A DNA stretch of 62,943 bases, filler included, from Octopus bimaculoides (taxonomy: Eukaryota), in assembly GCF_001194135.2 (NCBI RefSeq). It is 6 parts of 5 records of this genome, joined end to end, with 100 filler letters (N's around TTAATTAATTAA, not from the genome) between each part and the next. Parts side by side here need not be neighbours in the genome. Positions count along the whole stretch, not along the records: positions 46,915 to 50,749 come from NC_068981.1; positions 50,850 to 56,424 come from NC_068995.1; positions 56,525 to 60,862 come from NC_068994.1; positions 60,963 to 62,943 come from NC_069004.1; 2 more parts are not named here. One strand, given 5' to 3'. The position numbers were made by a program, and so were the translations under genes. Below the pieces are notes generated by a model that worked only from the letters and a program-made list of their open reading frames with translations, did no database searches and was not told the DNA's origin. This document shows, piece after piece, positions 49,844-62,943 of the stretch (positions are counted from its first letter, which is position 1; each line of letters starts with the position of its first letter).

Positions 49844-50849
49844 TCTTATTTGCAGTATCTTGAGATTTTCTCAGTAAAAATAAACAAGTAACTGTACGTC
49901 TGTAGTAAGTCTCGACAATGATCATATCAGCTTTTATTCTCACATACTGTACCTGAGACTACTCTTATTTCATTTTTTAAATGATAGGGTCCTTTTTTAT
50001 TTTAAGACTAAGGCACTATAAAATATACTGCAGTAAAATAATTGTAGCAGTTGTTGTTGCGAAGGCCCAGTTTAGCCTTCATCCACCAAGCCTATAATCA
50101 AAAGCGTTCCAACCATAACCACCACCCTACCTTGTTCACCTGAATTATTATATCTAGGACTAGATATCTAATGTATCCTTATCTAATGTATCCATTTCAT
50201 TTCAAAATCAGGAGGTTGCTATTTGGGCATTTGGCGGCTATTTCAAGCAGGTCACGTTGTTTCCTTGTGGGATAATTTATTAAGCGTTTGAAGAAAGGCT
50301 AAGGGAGTACACCCCTACAGAAAATCCAGAGGGAGAGGTTTTAATGCAGATATGTACAAGGATGCTGCGAACCTATAGACTTCTTTCCTTTGTAGCATAC
50401 CCATGAATAGAGAGGAGGTAAGTGTACTCGGGGCAAGGCACTCGCATCTGGAAACAGCCCCCCAGTCACAGCAGAGGTGGTTAAGTTACTGTCTCTGCCT
50501 TGTCGTCAACCAATGACGAAAGAGGCCAACCACGTGATCAAGTATGCCCCACCACCACCACCTCTTCGTTTGTTTGGCGGAAGAAAAAGAGACTTAATGT
50601 ACTGTCGAGACCAATCGAGATCATCTATTGAATTTAATAGAAGAAAAAGTCTAAAAAAAGAAATGTGGTAATGGATCTTTGGAATCAAGGAAATTTTTAG
50701 AAGAAATTCAGAAATAATTGTCAGGAAAACTGGAACCATAAATCTGAGANNNNNNNNNNNNNNNNNNNNNNNNNNNNNNNNNNNNNNNNNNNNTTAATTA
50801 ATTAANNNNNNNNNNNNNNNNNNNNNNNNNNNNNNNNNNNNNNNNNNNN

Positions 50850-51004
50850 CCGTATAGTTCGGGAGTGGGACCAGTGAAACTGGAGAATATTTGGGCCTCA
50901 ACATAACCAACGAAGAGGTTCGCGTAGTTGGGGCCCATTCTCGTCCCCATGGCCACTCCCGAGACCTGCTGGTAGATATCTCCCGCGAACGAGAAGCAGT
51001 TGAG
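50850..51004 (-). mobile_element. Fourth PLE family: uninterrupted RT core fragment, cut by a scaffold join
   Basis: LNCFSFAGDIYQQVSGVAMGTRMGPNYANLFVGYVEAQIFSSFTGPTPELY (not in the ORF track). Confidence 0.9.
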
Positions 51005-51739
51005 AGATATATATAAGTATTCCTACACTACATATACGAGTTGTATCTGGAAGTGGCAACACTTCTTTTTGGAAAGGTGATTATAACTGTACAAGATTAT
51101 TGAAATTTTATTACATCTTTACTCTACATCTAATAACGATTTAGCCTGTCGAAAACTAAAAATTATCTCCGGAGAGTTGACGATTTAATGTTACAGGGCA
51201 GCCCAATCTCAATCATGACCTACCAACGAAGCTGGATTGTGGTCACGATGTATTACTCTAGATAGTAAACGATTTCAGGTACCGGTAAGTGTATACAAAA
51301 GTGGTGAGGGTAGCTCAGTAGTTGACACCCTAATTGAAAGAGAGAAGTATCGGGATCGGAATTTTTCTACTAGATATGTTGTAACCAATGACTATATGAG
51401 ATATTTTTCCGATCAGGCGACAGGGCGTATCAGTATGAACTGAAAATGAAAGCTCACTGGAGTAGCTCACACCACTTCTCCAAAAGTCCAACAGCGACTG
51501 AACGGCACAGAAGGTTGCTATCTTTTGAGCTACTATTGCTATAAGTATTGCATTAATCTGGTGTATGCTTGCATGATTGTGCATCGAATGATCTATCCAC
51601 GAAACTCAAACGTTGTAATATTAAACTTGGTGGTTCGGAAGACCTAGCTGAAAAGCGAAACGAATAGAGAACAGCGAGTTTAACTAGTTTAAAATCGTTC
51701 CAAGTGAGAAGACAAAAACATAATCAACTGTGTGTGTGA

Positions 51740-52752
51740 TCCTAATTCAAATACACCAACAAACACATTATCAAATGGAAAGTGCGTTGAATATTAATTC
51801 AGTGTATGGGGATAGGGCAATGAGAGTAAGCCAGTGGGAACGGTGGTTCCAGAGGTTCCGAACCGTAAGCCACAGCCTAGAGGACAAGCCTCGTCTTGGA
51901 AGAACTGTAGAGCTCAATGAGGACACCCTGAAAACTCTGGTGGAACAAAATCCTATCGTGATTGTTGAGGAACTAGCAGAGAATCTTGGATTTGATAGTT
52001 TAGCCATTCATCGACACCTGTGTGTCATAGGAAAAGTCTGCAAATTGGGTCAATGTGTTCCTGGCAAACTTTCAGAGTTTAATCGCGTAGAGAGTGAATG
52101 TGTGCTCTTAGCTGTCACGTCTCACGAATGAACATTCTTCGGACAGAATAGTGACTGCGGACGAGAAATAAGTTCTCTATCAAAATGCCAAGCGCCGAAG
52201 ACAGTGGGTAGGGAATGGACATACACCAGCTCCCCAGACTAAAGAAGGTCTTCACCCACGTAAAGTGTTGTCATCTATTTTGTGGGATATGAACTTTAGA
52301 ACCCAAACCAAATGATATAAAAGTAGGTCTAATGCGAGCAGCTTGAGTAGCTTAAGTCATCGCTAGAAGACAAAACGACCATCAGCATAATGCTCGGCCC
52401 CATACAGCGAGGATGACATTCCTAAGGCTGGTGTAGTTTGAATAGTAAACGATGCCCCAACCACCATATTCCCTGGACATTGCCCCATCTAATTATCATT
52501 TATTCTGCACTCTTCAAAATCATTTGGACGGAAAGAATATGAATTCTCTAGACGAGGTCTAAACAGTACTGGAGAAGCATTTTTCGTCACGGAGACGTGA
52601 ATTGTAGAAGAGGGGCCTTGCAATTCTACCAAATAGATGGCACAGCGTTATAGAAAGTGAAAGAGAGTGTATTTCAGATTAAAAAAAAATTTGCTTATCA
52701 TAATTTTGGAAAATAAAAGTCAAAGCTGCATTATTCATGAGGTGACTTAATA
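51740..52752 (+). mobile_element. Decayed mariner (D,D34D-type) transposon
   Basis: WFQRFR...LEDKPRLGR; VP (WVPHEL-like); DRIVTADEK*VLY; HNARPH; PQPPYSLDIAPSNYHLF; LPNRWHSVIESE. A 3' TIR-like end lies at about 52723-52752; the 5' TIR was not found. Confidence 0.9.
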
Positions 52753-52805
52753 CATATTGAGATTAGATAGATAGATGGATGGATAGATAGATAGATAGAT
52801 AGAGA

Positions 52806-52871
<66 letters not shown>

Positions 52872-53879
52872 CTAAAAATTAAGAGAGATGGTGGACAATT
52901 CTTTACTTAAATTTTGAATATTTCCAAAAACAATTTTAATATAATTATTTTATATATAAACTTATGTAAATTTAAAACTACATTGATATTTTTTGTATAA
53001 AAAAAGATTTTACTGAAATAAATTGTTATACATTTTGTTTATAGAATAATGTGATTTTACTGTAGAAATATATTTTGCCAAAAGAGAGAAAAAAGGAAAT
53101 ATTTTACAGAGTCTAAATTTATAGAGAAGTGTTATTTGAAAAAACAAATTTCACTTACAAAGTAAAGTGTATCATAATTTATTGACCGGTTTGCACCGTT
53201 ATCTGCTTTTCAAATAAGTTCCGACGCAATGGAACTTTTGTAGCCCGTGCGGGTAATTTTGAATAGAAATACAAATTATGTCATTTTAAAGACAATGATT
53301 GTAGCCAAACTGGCTCTCGCTTGTGGTGATATTTACAGCTGTCCTTTTGTTTCTAATTAAAGAGTTTTCGGTTTTCACAAAAACTTTCTGCTAAAATAGT
53401 AACCTCTTCTAGAGGAAAAATGCTATATTTCAGTCATTTAAAAAAATATTTTCAGTGTTCTATGCAAAGTAAAACAGTAAGCATGTAATGTTGTTCTATA
53501 TTTGCTAATAGGATATATTCATTAATTGATTCGCTGTTGTTCTCCCTTTGGGGAAGAATTGGTAAGAATGAATAGTGTGGTAAAACCGATCTCCAGCACT
53601 ACTTTACATGTAGACTGTAGGACATTTTACGTGTATATGGTTTCCTGATCTGCCGCATTTTAATAAATTTTCTGACTGATACGCCTGCTTGTCCAATGTA
53701 GTATTCATGGCAATATTTGTATTTTACAATGCATGTTAAGATGTTTCAAGTACACGAAAATATATGTTTACACGCACAAACACACACATATACATGCACA
53801 TACACATACATAATACACACATACATACATATAAACATATATACATATATATATATGTGTGTGTGTGTATATATATATG

Positions 53880-53910
<31 letters not shown>

Positions 53911-54802
53911 GTATATATACATATNNNNNNNNNNNNNNNNNNNNNNNNNNNNNNNNNNNNNNNNNNNNNNNNNNNNNNNNNNNNNNNNNNNNNNNNNNNN
54001 NNNNNNNNNNNNNNNNNNNNNNNNNNNNNNNNNNNNNNNNNNNNNNNNNNNNNNNNNNNNNNNNNNNNNNNNNNNNNNNNNNNNNNNNNNNNNNNNNNNN
54101 NNNNNNNNNNNNNNNNNNNNNNNNNNNNNNNNNNNNNNNNNNNNNNNNNNNNNNNNNNNNNNNNNNNNNNNNNNNNNNNNNNNNNNNNNNNNNNNNNNNN
54201 NNNNNNNNNNNNNNNNNNNNNNNNNNNNNNNNNNNNNNNNNNNNNNNNNNNNNNNNNNNNNNNNNNNNNNNNNNNNNNNNNNNNNNNNNNNNNNNNNNNN
54301 NNNNNNNNNNNNNNNNNNNNNNNNNNNNNNNNNNNNNNNNNNNNNNNNNNNNNNNNNNNNNNNNNNNNNNNNNNNNNNNNNNNNNNNNNNNNNNNNNNNN
54401 NNNNNNNNNNNNNNNNNNNNNNNNNNNNNNNNNNNNNNNNNNNNNNNNNNNNNNNNNNNNNNNNNNNNNNNNNNNNNNNNNNNNNNNNNNNNNNNNNNNN
54501 NNNNNNNNNNNNNNNNNNNNNNNNNNNNNNNNNNNNNNNNNNNNNNNNNNNNNNNNNNNNNNNNNNNNNNNNNNNNNNNNNNNNNNNNNNNNNNNNNNNN
54601 NNNNNNNNNNNNNNNNNNNNNNNNNNNNNNNNNNNNNNNNNNNNNNNNNNNNNNNNNNNNNNNNNNNNNNNNNNNNNNNNNNNNNNNNNNNNNNNNNNNN
54701 NNNNNNNNNNNNNNNNNNNNNNNNNNNNNNNNNNNNNNNNNNNNNNNNNNNNNNNNNNNNNNNNNNNNNNNNNNNNNNNNNNNNNNNNNNNNNNNNNNNN
54801 NN

Positions 54803-54838
<36 letters not shown>

Positions 54839-56676
54839 CCTTTACACATTTTACTCATCACACCTAAGAAGAAGCTAATATAAATCCAAGCATATATATG
54901 TATTCCGATTGCCGGACCAGAATACGTGCTTTGTTCTTGAGTATGTTACCTTATTTCACATTTCGCCAATCAACTCTGCTGAAAAATTATTAATCTAGTT
55001 CTAGTCCATCCTTCTCTATCTCCCTAGCTGTAATATCATAGATTCTTAAATGGTTCAGTTTTGAGAGGCAAGGTGGCGTGATGAATTGTGCTTACTCGTA
55101 ACTTCACTGGTACCTTATAAAATTAGAGGAAAACCAAGAGGAATGCCATCATTTCCTTTTTTATTTCTCTCTCAATGCAACATAAAGTAAAAGATAAATC
55201 ACCATAACAGTAATGTCTCAGTTTTTCCTTATTCACACAAACGTATATCTCAGGAGATATGAGTATTTTCTGCCCCTCTCCAATTTAAATGTGAAAGAAT
55301 TTACGTGAGAATTTTCAGATAAGTGAAGTCGATTATATTTCTTTTTAATTTTTTGTTCATCTTACCATGCCTCGAAGAAATTCTGAAACATAAAATGCAT
55401 TTTTTTATCGACCACCAACCTATTTACATAATCAACAGAGTAAATTAACAAAACACATTCCCTAAAAGTAGACATAAGTAGATATTTTTTTGAGAGAAGG
55501 CAACCTATAAATCCAAATTTGCCTATATTTTCTACTCTATGTCTTCACACCTAATTGCAAAGACATGTAGCAGATTGGAATATCGCCAAAGGTTTCATAA
55601 ATTATTGCAAAGAAATAAAGCAAATATCGGTATATCTACTCTCCCCCTGATGCGCTATGCATAAATGTTTTATACGCTATGACTGAACGTGATCTGATAA
55701 ATTGGTTTCGCATTATATGCTTATTTGGAAAATACATTTCCTAAAATATAACATGTACAAATGATGTTTNNNNNNNNNNTATGTATGTATGTATACACAC
55801 ACACACACATATATATATATATATTTATCAAAATTCAATTAGAGGTTGTGTTATACTCATGAAGGAATGGTTTCATCCAAGGACATACTAGCTGAATACC
55901 TAGTATTTGGTGGGAATTAATTTCCTTAAAATACTAGGGATATTTATAAAAGTATATAGTTTGTATTCATATAAAACAAGAAAAACAAAATGGAGATTGG
56001 GAAAATCAATCATCATCACTTACAGCTGTTTCATTTAATTCTCAATGAATCTAATTAAATATTAGATTCATATGACTTGAGTATAATATCTTCAGAGGGA
56101 ACAAAATATACCTTTGAGTGTTTTATATATGTTTATAAAATCATTATAGTGGTCTGAATGATACTGCTTATAATTTCTATTTTTATACGATCAGGTGAGG
56201 GTTTTTCAGGCTGAATGGGGATAAGATGGAGGAGGTAAAAAACAAATAGAGTAATAAATGAATAAATTAAATAGACATGATAGAGGAAGTTTAATTATAA
56301 ATAAGGTAAGAATGGAATATTCGTTTATAAGGTATAAATAAAGCAAAGAAAATGTGTATATATGCACGCATGCATATACACACATCCATATATGCATCCG
56401 AACGCCCATATATATATATATATANNNNNNNNNNNNNNNNNNNNNNNNNNNNNNNNNNNNNNNNNNNNTTAATTAATTAANNNNNNNNNNNNNNNNNNNN
56501 NNNNNNNNNNNNNNNNNNNNNNNNCCCCCACTCATATCAAACTCTATCACCTTACTAAACGAACATCTACATTGAAATAAAATGGTTTAAGATGTATAAA
56601 AAGACAGTACGGTCATGGCTGGAACGCCTTTTTTCCATAGCTCTTCTCCATCAACACTGATCTGTAGCTAAACCGA

Positions 56677-56714
<38 letters not shown>

Positions 56715-57225
56715 TTACTACTTTTATATCACCTGTTACATTTAGCAATGAACCATCTACGTAGTCGCTCGACCTGCTAGAAATAGCAACCGCTCTCTCT
56801 TTTAAATCACACTCTACAGTCTTACAAAAAGAAGGAACACGTTACAGGCCGGCTTACATAGATTGCATTTGAATGTGAGACAGTATGGTCAGGGCTGGAA
56901 CGCCTGTGGTCTTAGGTTTGTTCGCTCAGGATTGATCTGATGGTTAATGCCATCGACACCATCAAACCAACGGAGCATACATACACCCACAAAACAATAA
57001 CAACAACAACAACAACAACAGCAATGATGACGACGAGGACGACAATAATAACAATAATGATAATAATTACAACGACAACAACAACATTAACAACAACATA
57101 CATATACATATAAACACACTCAACGACATCTTCACCGCCAACACGACCAACAAAAGCCACCGCACCAACACCACTAAGAATACATACTCACACATAGACC
57201 GTGTACACACACACATGCACACACA

Positions 57226-57267
<42 letters not shown>

Positions 57268-57396
57268 ACAACAAGAACATCCTGTTCTTACCAGAGAGAT
57301 GCGCCATTCCTTGTCTGTGCTGATGTGTGCGAAAAAAGAAATTGGGGTGAAATGAAGAAAAACGATGGAGCGAGAGACATAAAGAAAGAAAGACAC

Positions 57397-57427
<31 letters not shown>

Positions 57428-57619
57428 AATAGGAGAGTGAGTGAGTGAAGAGAGAGAGGGATAGAGAGAGAGAGAGCTGACTACGTAAACACACACACAC
57501 ACACATACACACATGCACGCGAGTACACTGCTCTCTTCTTATCTCTCGTAGTCTCTCTGTCTTGAAATGCCAGCACACTGACCACGCCTTTCAGGAATCT
57601 TCCCAACTTTTTTTCTTAA

Positions 57620-58440
57620 CCTTTTCCACCACTGCTGCCACCACCATCTCGCCACTGCTGCCGTTCATAGCTCTAGCACTGCCACTATCTACCACCACCA
57701 CCACTAGCAATCCCAGCACCACCACCACAAGCAATCCCAACACCACCACCACAAGCAAACCCAACACCACCACCACCACCACCACCACAAGCAATCCCAA
57801 CACCACCACCACCGTTGCTACTGTCACTAATACCATGAACACCTCTACTGGCAACAAAACATCTAGCCACACCTCCACCACTAGCAACATCTCTACTACT
57901 AGTAACAACACCACTAGTAACACCTCCATCACTAGTAACTAACCCTAACCCCCAGCAACATCTCGACCACTAGCAACACCTCTACCAATAGCAACATCTC
58001 CACTACTAGCACCGCCCCTACCAATAGCAACACCTACACCACAAGCAACACCACAACTAGCAACACCTCCATCACTAGCAACATCTCCACCACTAGCAAC
58101 ACCTCCGCTGTTGGCAACACCTCCATCACTAGCAACACCTCTACCAATAGCAACGACTCCACCGCTAGCAAAGCCTCTACCAATAGCAACGCCTTTTCTA
58201 TAAGCAACACTACCACTAGCAACATCTCCACCACTAGCAACATCTCCACCACTAGCAACATCTCCACCACTAGTAACACCTCCACCACAGGCAACACTCC
58301 CACACAGCCAACACCACTACAGCCAACACTTCCACTGCGGGCAACGCCTCCATCACTAGTAAAATCCCCACCACTATCAACACCACCACGACGTATCCAA
58401 GGACGTATTGGATAATATTAAACTTAAATGTACTCCTGTT
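57620..58440 (+). repeat. Degenerate 15-18-bp (ACC ACT AGC AAC ATC TCC)-type tandem array with mucin-like T/S/N translation
   Basis: Directly visible. The frame is broken at 57940-57950 and near 58300. Confidence 0.8.
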
Positions 58441-58586
58441 CGTAATAGATTATCAATGATTCGGCTAGTGTCAATGTTATCGTTGTTTATTATTTGATCT
58501 AGCCAACAAAGCACTGACTATGCAAATCAGATTTTCTGGTTTAGAGGCGTCTATAATGGTAGTGACCACGTACATACATATACACT

Positions 58587-58649
<63 letters not shown>

Positions 58650-59841
58650 NNNNNNNNNNNNNNNNNNNNNNNNNNNNNNNNNNNNNNNNNNNNNNNNNNN
58701 NNNNNNNNNNNNNNNNNNNNNNNNNNNNNNNNNNNNNNNNNNNNNNNNNNNNNNNNNNNNNNNNNNNNNNNNNNNNNNNNNNNNNNNNNNNNNNNNNNNN
58801 NNNNNNNNNNNNNNNNNNNNNNNNNNNNNNNNNNNNNNNNNNNNNNNNNNNNNNNNNNNNNNNNNNNNNNNNNNNNNNNNNNNNNNNNNNNNNNNNNNNN
58901 NNNNNNNNNNNNNNNNNNNNNNNNNNNNNNNNNNNNNNNNNNNNNNNNNNNNNNNNNNNNNNNNNNNNNNNNNNNNNNNNNNNNNNNNNNNNNNNNNNNN
59001 NNNNNNNNNNNNNNNNNNNNNNNNNNNNNNNNNNNNNNNNNNNNNNNNNNNNNNNNNNNNNNTATACACACATGCACGCGTACGCACAATGACAAAGGAA
59101 AAATATCGACGTTTCGGGTAATTTGTCCGTTGTCAAGATAGCTGGATGAATAGAAGAAAAGATCTATGGCAAAAAGAAATGTGTGTGTGTGTGTGTGTGT
59201 GTGCGTGTGTGTGTGCGTGTGTGTGTGCGTGTGTGTGTGCGTGTGTGTGTGCGTGTGTGTGTGCTCGCATACGTATTATCCAGCCAGCATGATAAATAAT
59301 ATGCTGATATCATTAAACGCAATACTAGAATTATCTCATGTCCACTCTTCGCCAAAGCATCAACACTGCAATCGCCATAAACAACACCATTAACAACGGG
59401 GACACCTCTCTTCGGTCGTCTGGTTTGCTAGAAACAACAGCTGAATATCCCTCACATCACACCTTGCCATCTTAGTAAAACGAAAACACGTTGAACCAGG
59501 TAATCCAAGGTGAACTCTGCCAAGGTAAAACAAAAAAAAAGAATAGAAACCGTCATTGAATTTTAGAGGTGTTTAGCTGGTGTTTCTAGCAGACCGTGCG
59601 ATTTTGTACACAGTCATTCGCTGGATTGCGATATTTACACTTCACGTTGACGCATCTGTATAATAAAACGTTCACAAATACACATATGACGTCATAAGTA
59701 TGTTGTACCACACACACACAAAGTCACACGTACACACACACACACACACACGTACAGACCAACACTTTACAATACATAAATGCCGAGATAATCAGATAAA
59801 TACACTTTATGTAATCACATTTCACGTCTTTATGTGTGTGC

Positions 59842-59877
<36 letters not shown>

Positions 59878-60502
59878 NNNNNNNNNNNNNNNNNNNNNNN
59901 NNNNNNNNNNNNNNNNNNNNNNNNNNNNNNNNNNNNNNNNNNNNNNNNNNNNNNNNNNNNNNNNNNNNNNNNNNNNNNNNNNNNNNNNNNNNNNNNNNNN
60001 NNNNNNNNNNNNNNNNNNNNNNNNNNNNNNNNNNNNNNNNNNNNNNNNNNNNNNNNNNNNNNNNNNNNNNNNNNNNNNNNNNNNNNNNNNNNNNNNNNNN
60101 NNNNNNNNNNNNNNNNNNNNNNNNNNNNNNNNNNNNNNNNNNNNNNNNNNNNNNNNNNNNNNNNNNNNNNNNNNNNNNNNNNNNNNNNNNNNNNNNNNNN
60201 NNNNNNNNNNNNNNNNNNNNNNNNNNNNNNNNNNNNNNNNNNNNNNNNNNNNNNNNNNNNNNNNNNNNNNNNNNNNNNNNNNNNNNNNNNNNNNNNNNNN
60301 NNNNNNNNNNNNNNNNNNNNNNNNNNNNNNNNNNNNNNNNNNNNNNNNNNNNNNNNNNNNNNNNNNNNNNNNNNNNNNNNNNNNNNNNNNNNNNNNNNNN
60401 NNNNNNNNNNNNNNNNNNNNNNNNNNNNNNNNNNNNNNNNNNNNNNNNNNNNNNNNNNNNNNNNNNNNNNNNNNNNNNNNNNNNNNNNNNNNNNNNNNNN
60501 NN

Positions 60503-60562
<60 letters not shown>

Positions 60563-60819
60563 CAGCGCGTGCGTATACGTACATACATACCCACATAATT
60601 ACATACACATACACATGCATAAAAACACACACACACACACACACACACACGCAACACATACGCAACACACACACATACGTCATCATGCTATTATAGCTGT
60701 GTACGCGTGAGTCTACCTGCGTGCTACAATGCACGTATAGCTATATTTCCGCATAATCAGTTATATGACGTCAGCAGGTGTAATCTGTGTACCTATGTAT
60801 GTTTGTAACTATATATACA

Positions 60820-60857
<38 letters not shown>

Positions 60858-61039
60858 CATATNNNNNNNNNNNNNNNNNNNNNNNNNNNNNNNNNNNNNN
60901 NNNNNNTTAATTAATTAANNNNNNNNNNNNNNNNNNNNNNNNNNNNNNNNNNNNNNNNNNNNTATATATATATATATATGTATGTATGTATGTATGTATA
61001 TATATAATTTTCACTTTTACTACATATGAAAGGATTTGC

Positions 61040-61560
61040 AAACTACTGTAGAATATTGTCCTCACTCTAGACACGATAGCTGAGACTTTTGGAACAGTGC
61101 AGTGACGTCCAGTTCAGGAGTTAGTATAGCTCTCGATACCAAAGTTTGGTACCAGCCCCTCCAAGATCTCCCATACGTACATAACTGCACCTTTCCCGCC
61201 TTCGCCGCTCGAAGGAGTAGGGTCGTAGCTCTTAAGCCTCTCCCAAGAGTCAGTAATTCCTTTGATGCAATCTTCCTACTGTAGCACCGCTGAACTGCCT
61301 CAAGTTCTGCTAATAATTTGACGCTGTGTTGTGACCAAAGTTGAGAGCAATAGTCCAGACGTCTGAGTACAAATGTTCTCCATAGAGCTAACGTCGTTTC
61401 CTGGTCTCGTGCTCTGAACGCTCTCAGAATCCAGCCAGCCATTCGCCTGCACGCTGCTACCGCCTTGGTGATATACGTGAAACGAGGCATCGTTGCTCAT
61501 ATCAATCGTGACTCTAGGATCGCCGCTCCTTTCCGTCCAAAGTATCGTTGTTGCGATTTG
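61040..61560 (-). mobile_element. CR1/L2-type LINE RT C-terminal fragment
   Basis: MSNDASFHVY..CRRMAGWILRAFRARD..LWRTFVLRRLDYCSQLWS..LEAVQRCYSRKI...TGRHCTVPKV. Confidence 0.88.
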
Positions 61561-61982
61561 TGAACACCGATCAGCTGCTATCGGAGAGCTTGGAATTTAC
61601 CTGCATTAGATTATTTGTTGTTTCTTCGGTCCATTTACCTGTGGCATTTAGGTCTTTCTGTAGAAGATTAGTATCGGAAGTTTCTTTGGCACTCTGTGTA
61701 AAAACCAGTCTAACCGGAGTACAACAATGGAATTACAATATAGAACGGTGGTGAGTTCGAAACTCAGACTCTGCCATAATAATACGCGGAGTTTTTTTTT
61801 TATATTTTTACTAATCTAAACGATATTGTTAGCCTGGTGTGCTAACAGAGAGCTTATCAAGTATTTTGCCCGGATTGATAATCCCTCAACGAAAGAGCTT
61901 ATATAGAATTATCCAAAATTCTGCCTTATTATTATACAATATCTGTACACCACATAAATACATACATATATATATATGTATA

Positions 61983-62019
<37 letters not shown>

Positions 62020-62265
62020 NNNNNNNNNNNNNNNNNNNNNNNNNNNNNNNNNNNNNNNNNNNNNNNNNNNNNNNNNNNNNNNNNNNNNNNNNNNNNNNNN
62101 NNNNNNNNNNNNNNNNNNNNNNNNNNNNNNNNNNNNNNNNNNNNNNNNNNNNNNNNNNNNNNNNNNNNNNNNNNNNNNNNNNNNNNNNNNNNNNNNNNNN
62201 NNNNNNNNNNNNNNNNNNNNNNNNNNNNNNNNNNNNNNNNNNNNNNNNNNNNNNNNNNNNNNNNC

Positions 62266-62310
<45 letters not shown>

Positions 62311-62907
62311 TTCTCCCCCCACCTCTTTGTTACGACTTGGGTGCATTCAGACAAGGCTGCTCACGTGACCAGCAGACCTAACTGTTACTATTTCATACCA
62401 CTCAGTCGACGGTCCGACCATTCTGGCTGACCCAATTGGTCAATCATTTTAAAAACTGCTTGTTTTACCATTCCATGTTTCCTGCATCAACTCAGATATT
62501 CCAGCAGATATTACGCATTCCATATTCTTGGAGGCGGCAAAATGGTTACACATTTATTCTTCTTGGAGGGGAGTTAACTACGACTGGTTTATTTTTGTTG
62601 AGTCAAAGGCCTGTGTGTGTGTGTGTGTGTGGTTGTCATCACGTTTCTCCAATCATCTTAAATAGCAAGTTACAAAAACAACATTTATCCACTAATTAGT
62701 CTGTTTATATGCGGTTTCTATAGAGATAGCAGGTATCACGTGACACACTAACCCTTGACCCTCACTTCACCCATATCAGTCAAAGCCCCTCCCATCGCCA
62801 CCACCACAGTCTCTTTCGACTCCTTGCACACACAAAGATAACAACAAGGGATCGAGGGGAGACCAAAGTGGGGGGGGACTATAAATAGAAAGGCGGATCT
62901 ACTTGTG

Positions 62908-62943
<36 letters not shown>

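Noticed and set aside
51237-51584. Short ORFs and a CCG|GTAAGT donor between the PLE and mariner fragments
   Set aside because: All frames from the nearest acceptor stop before the donor, and no homology was recognised.
15101-62368. Long ORFs in the track that contain X runs or YI/HT/CV/RE/LS repeats
   Set aside because: They are translations of N gaps and microsatellites. Only the C-terminal end of 15101-16003 and the last ~100 aa of 34852-35478 are real TE coding remnants.
62360-62890. Two TCACGTGAC E-boxes and a TATAAATAG
   Set aside because: They are widely spaced, have no downstream gene in the window, and are compatible with chance.

Overview
AT-rich, microsatellite-dense animal scaffold with many N gaps. 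It is most likely a coleoid cephalopod (Octopus-type); this is inferred from the tRNA-derived SINE families and the repeat load. I can support no intact host gene, rRNA, true tRNA or CRISPR array. Most long ORFs in the track are microsatellite or N-gap artefacts. Five 100-bp joins (44 N + TTAATTAATTAA + 44 N) are artificial six-frame-stop linkers, so adjacency across them is not biological. The recognisable content is decayed mobile DNA: at least four Penelope-like (PLE) retroelement pieces, two RLE-type non-LTR 3' ends, CR1/L2-type and RTE-type LINE fragments, mariner and other ITm transposase remnants, several MITEs, three SINE families and one old unclassified repeat. The best lead is at 7.7-11.1 kb. 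There a Ulp1/C48-like cysteine-protease domain runs in the same frame into a Neptune-type PLE RT-GIY-YIG ORF with only one intervening stop, suggesting a protease-bearing PLE. Other leads are a SINE-LINE shared 3' tail visible in the window and a Merlin-like long-TIR element carrying TTAGGG repeats.
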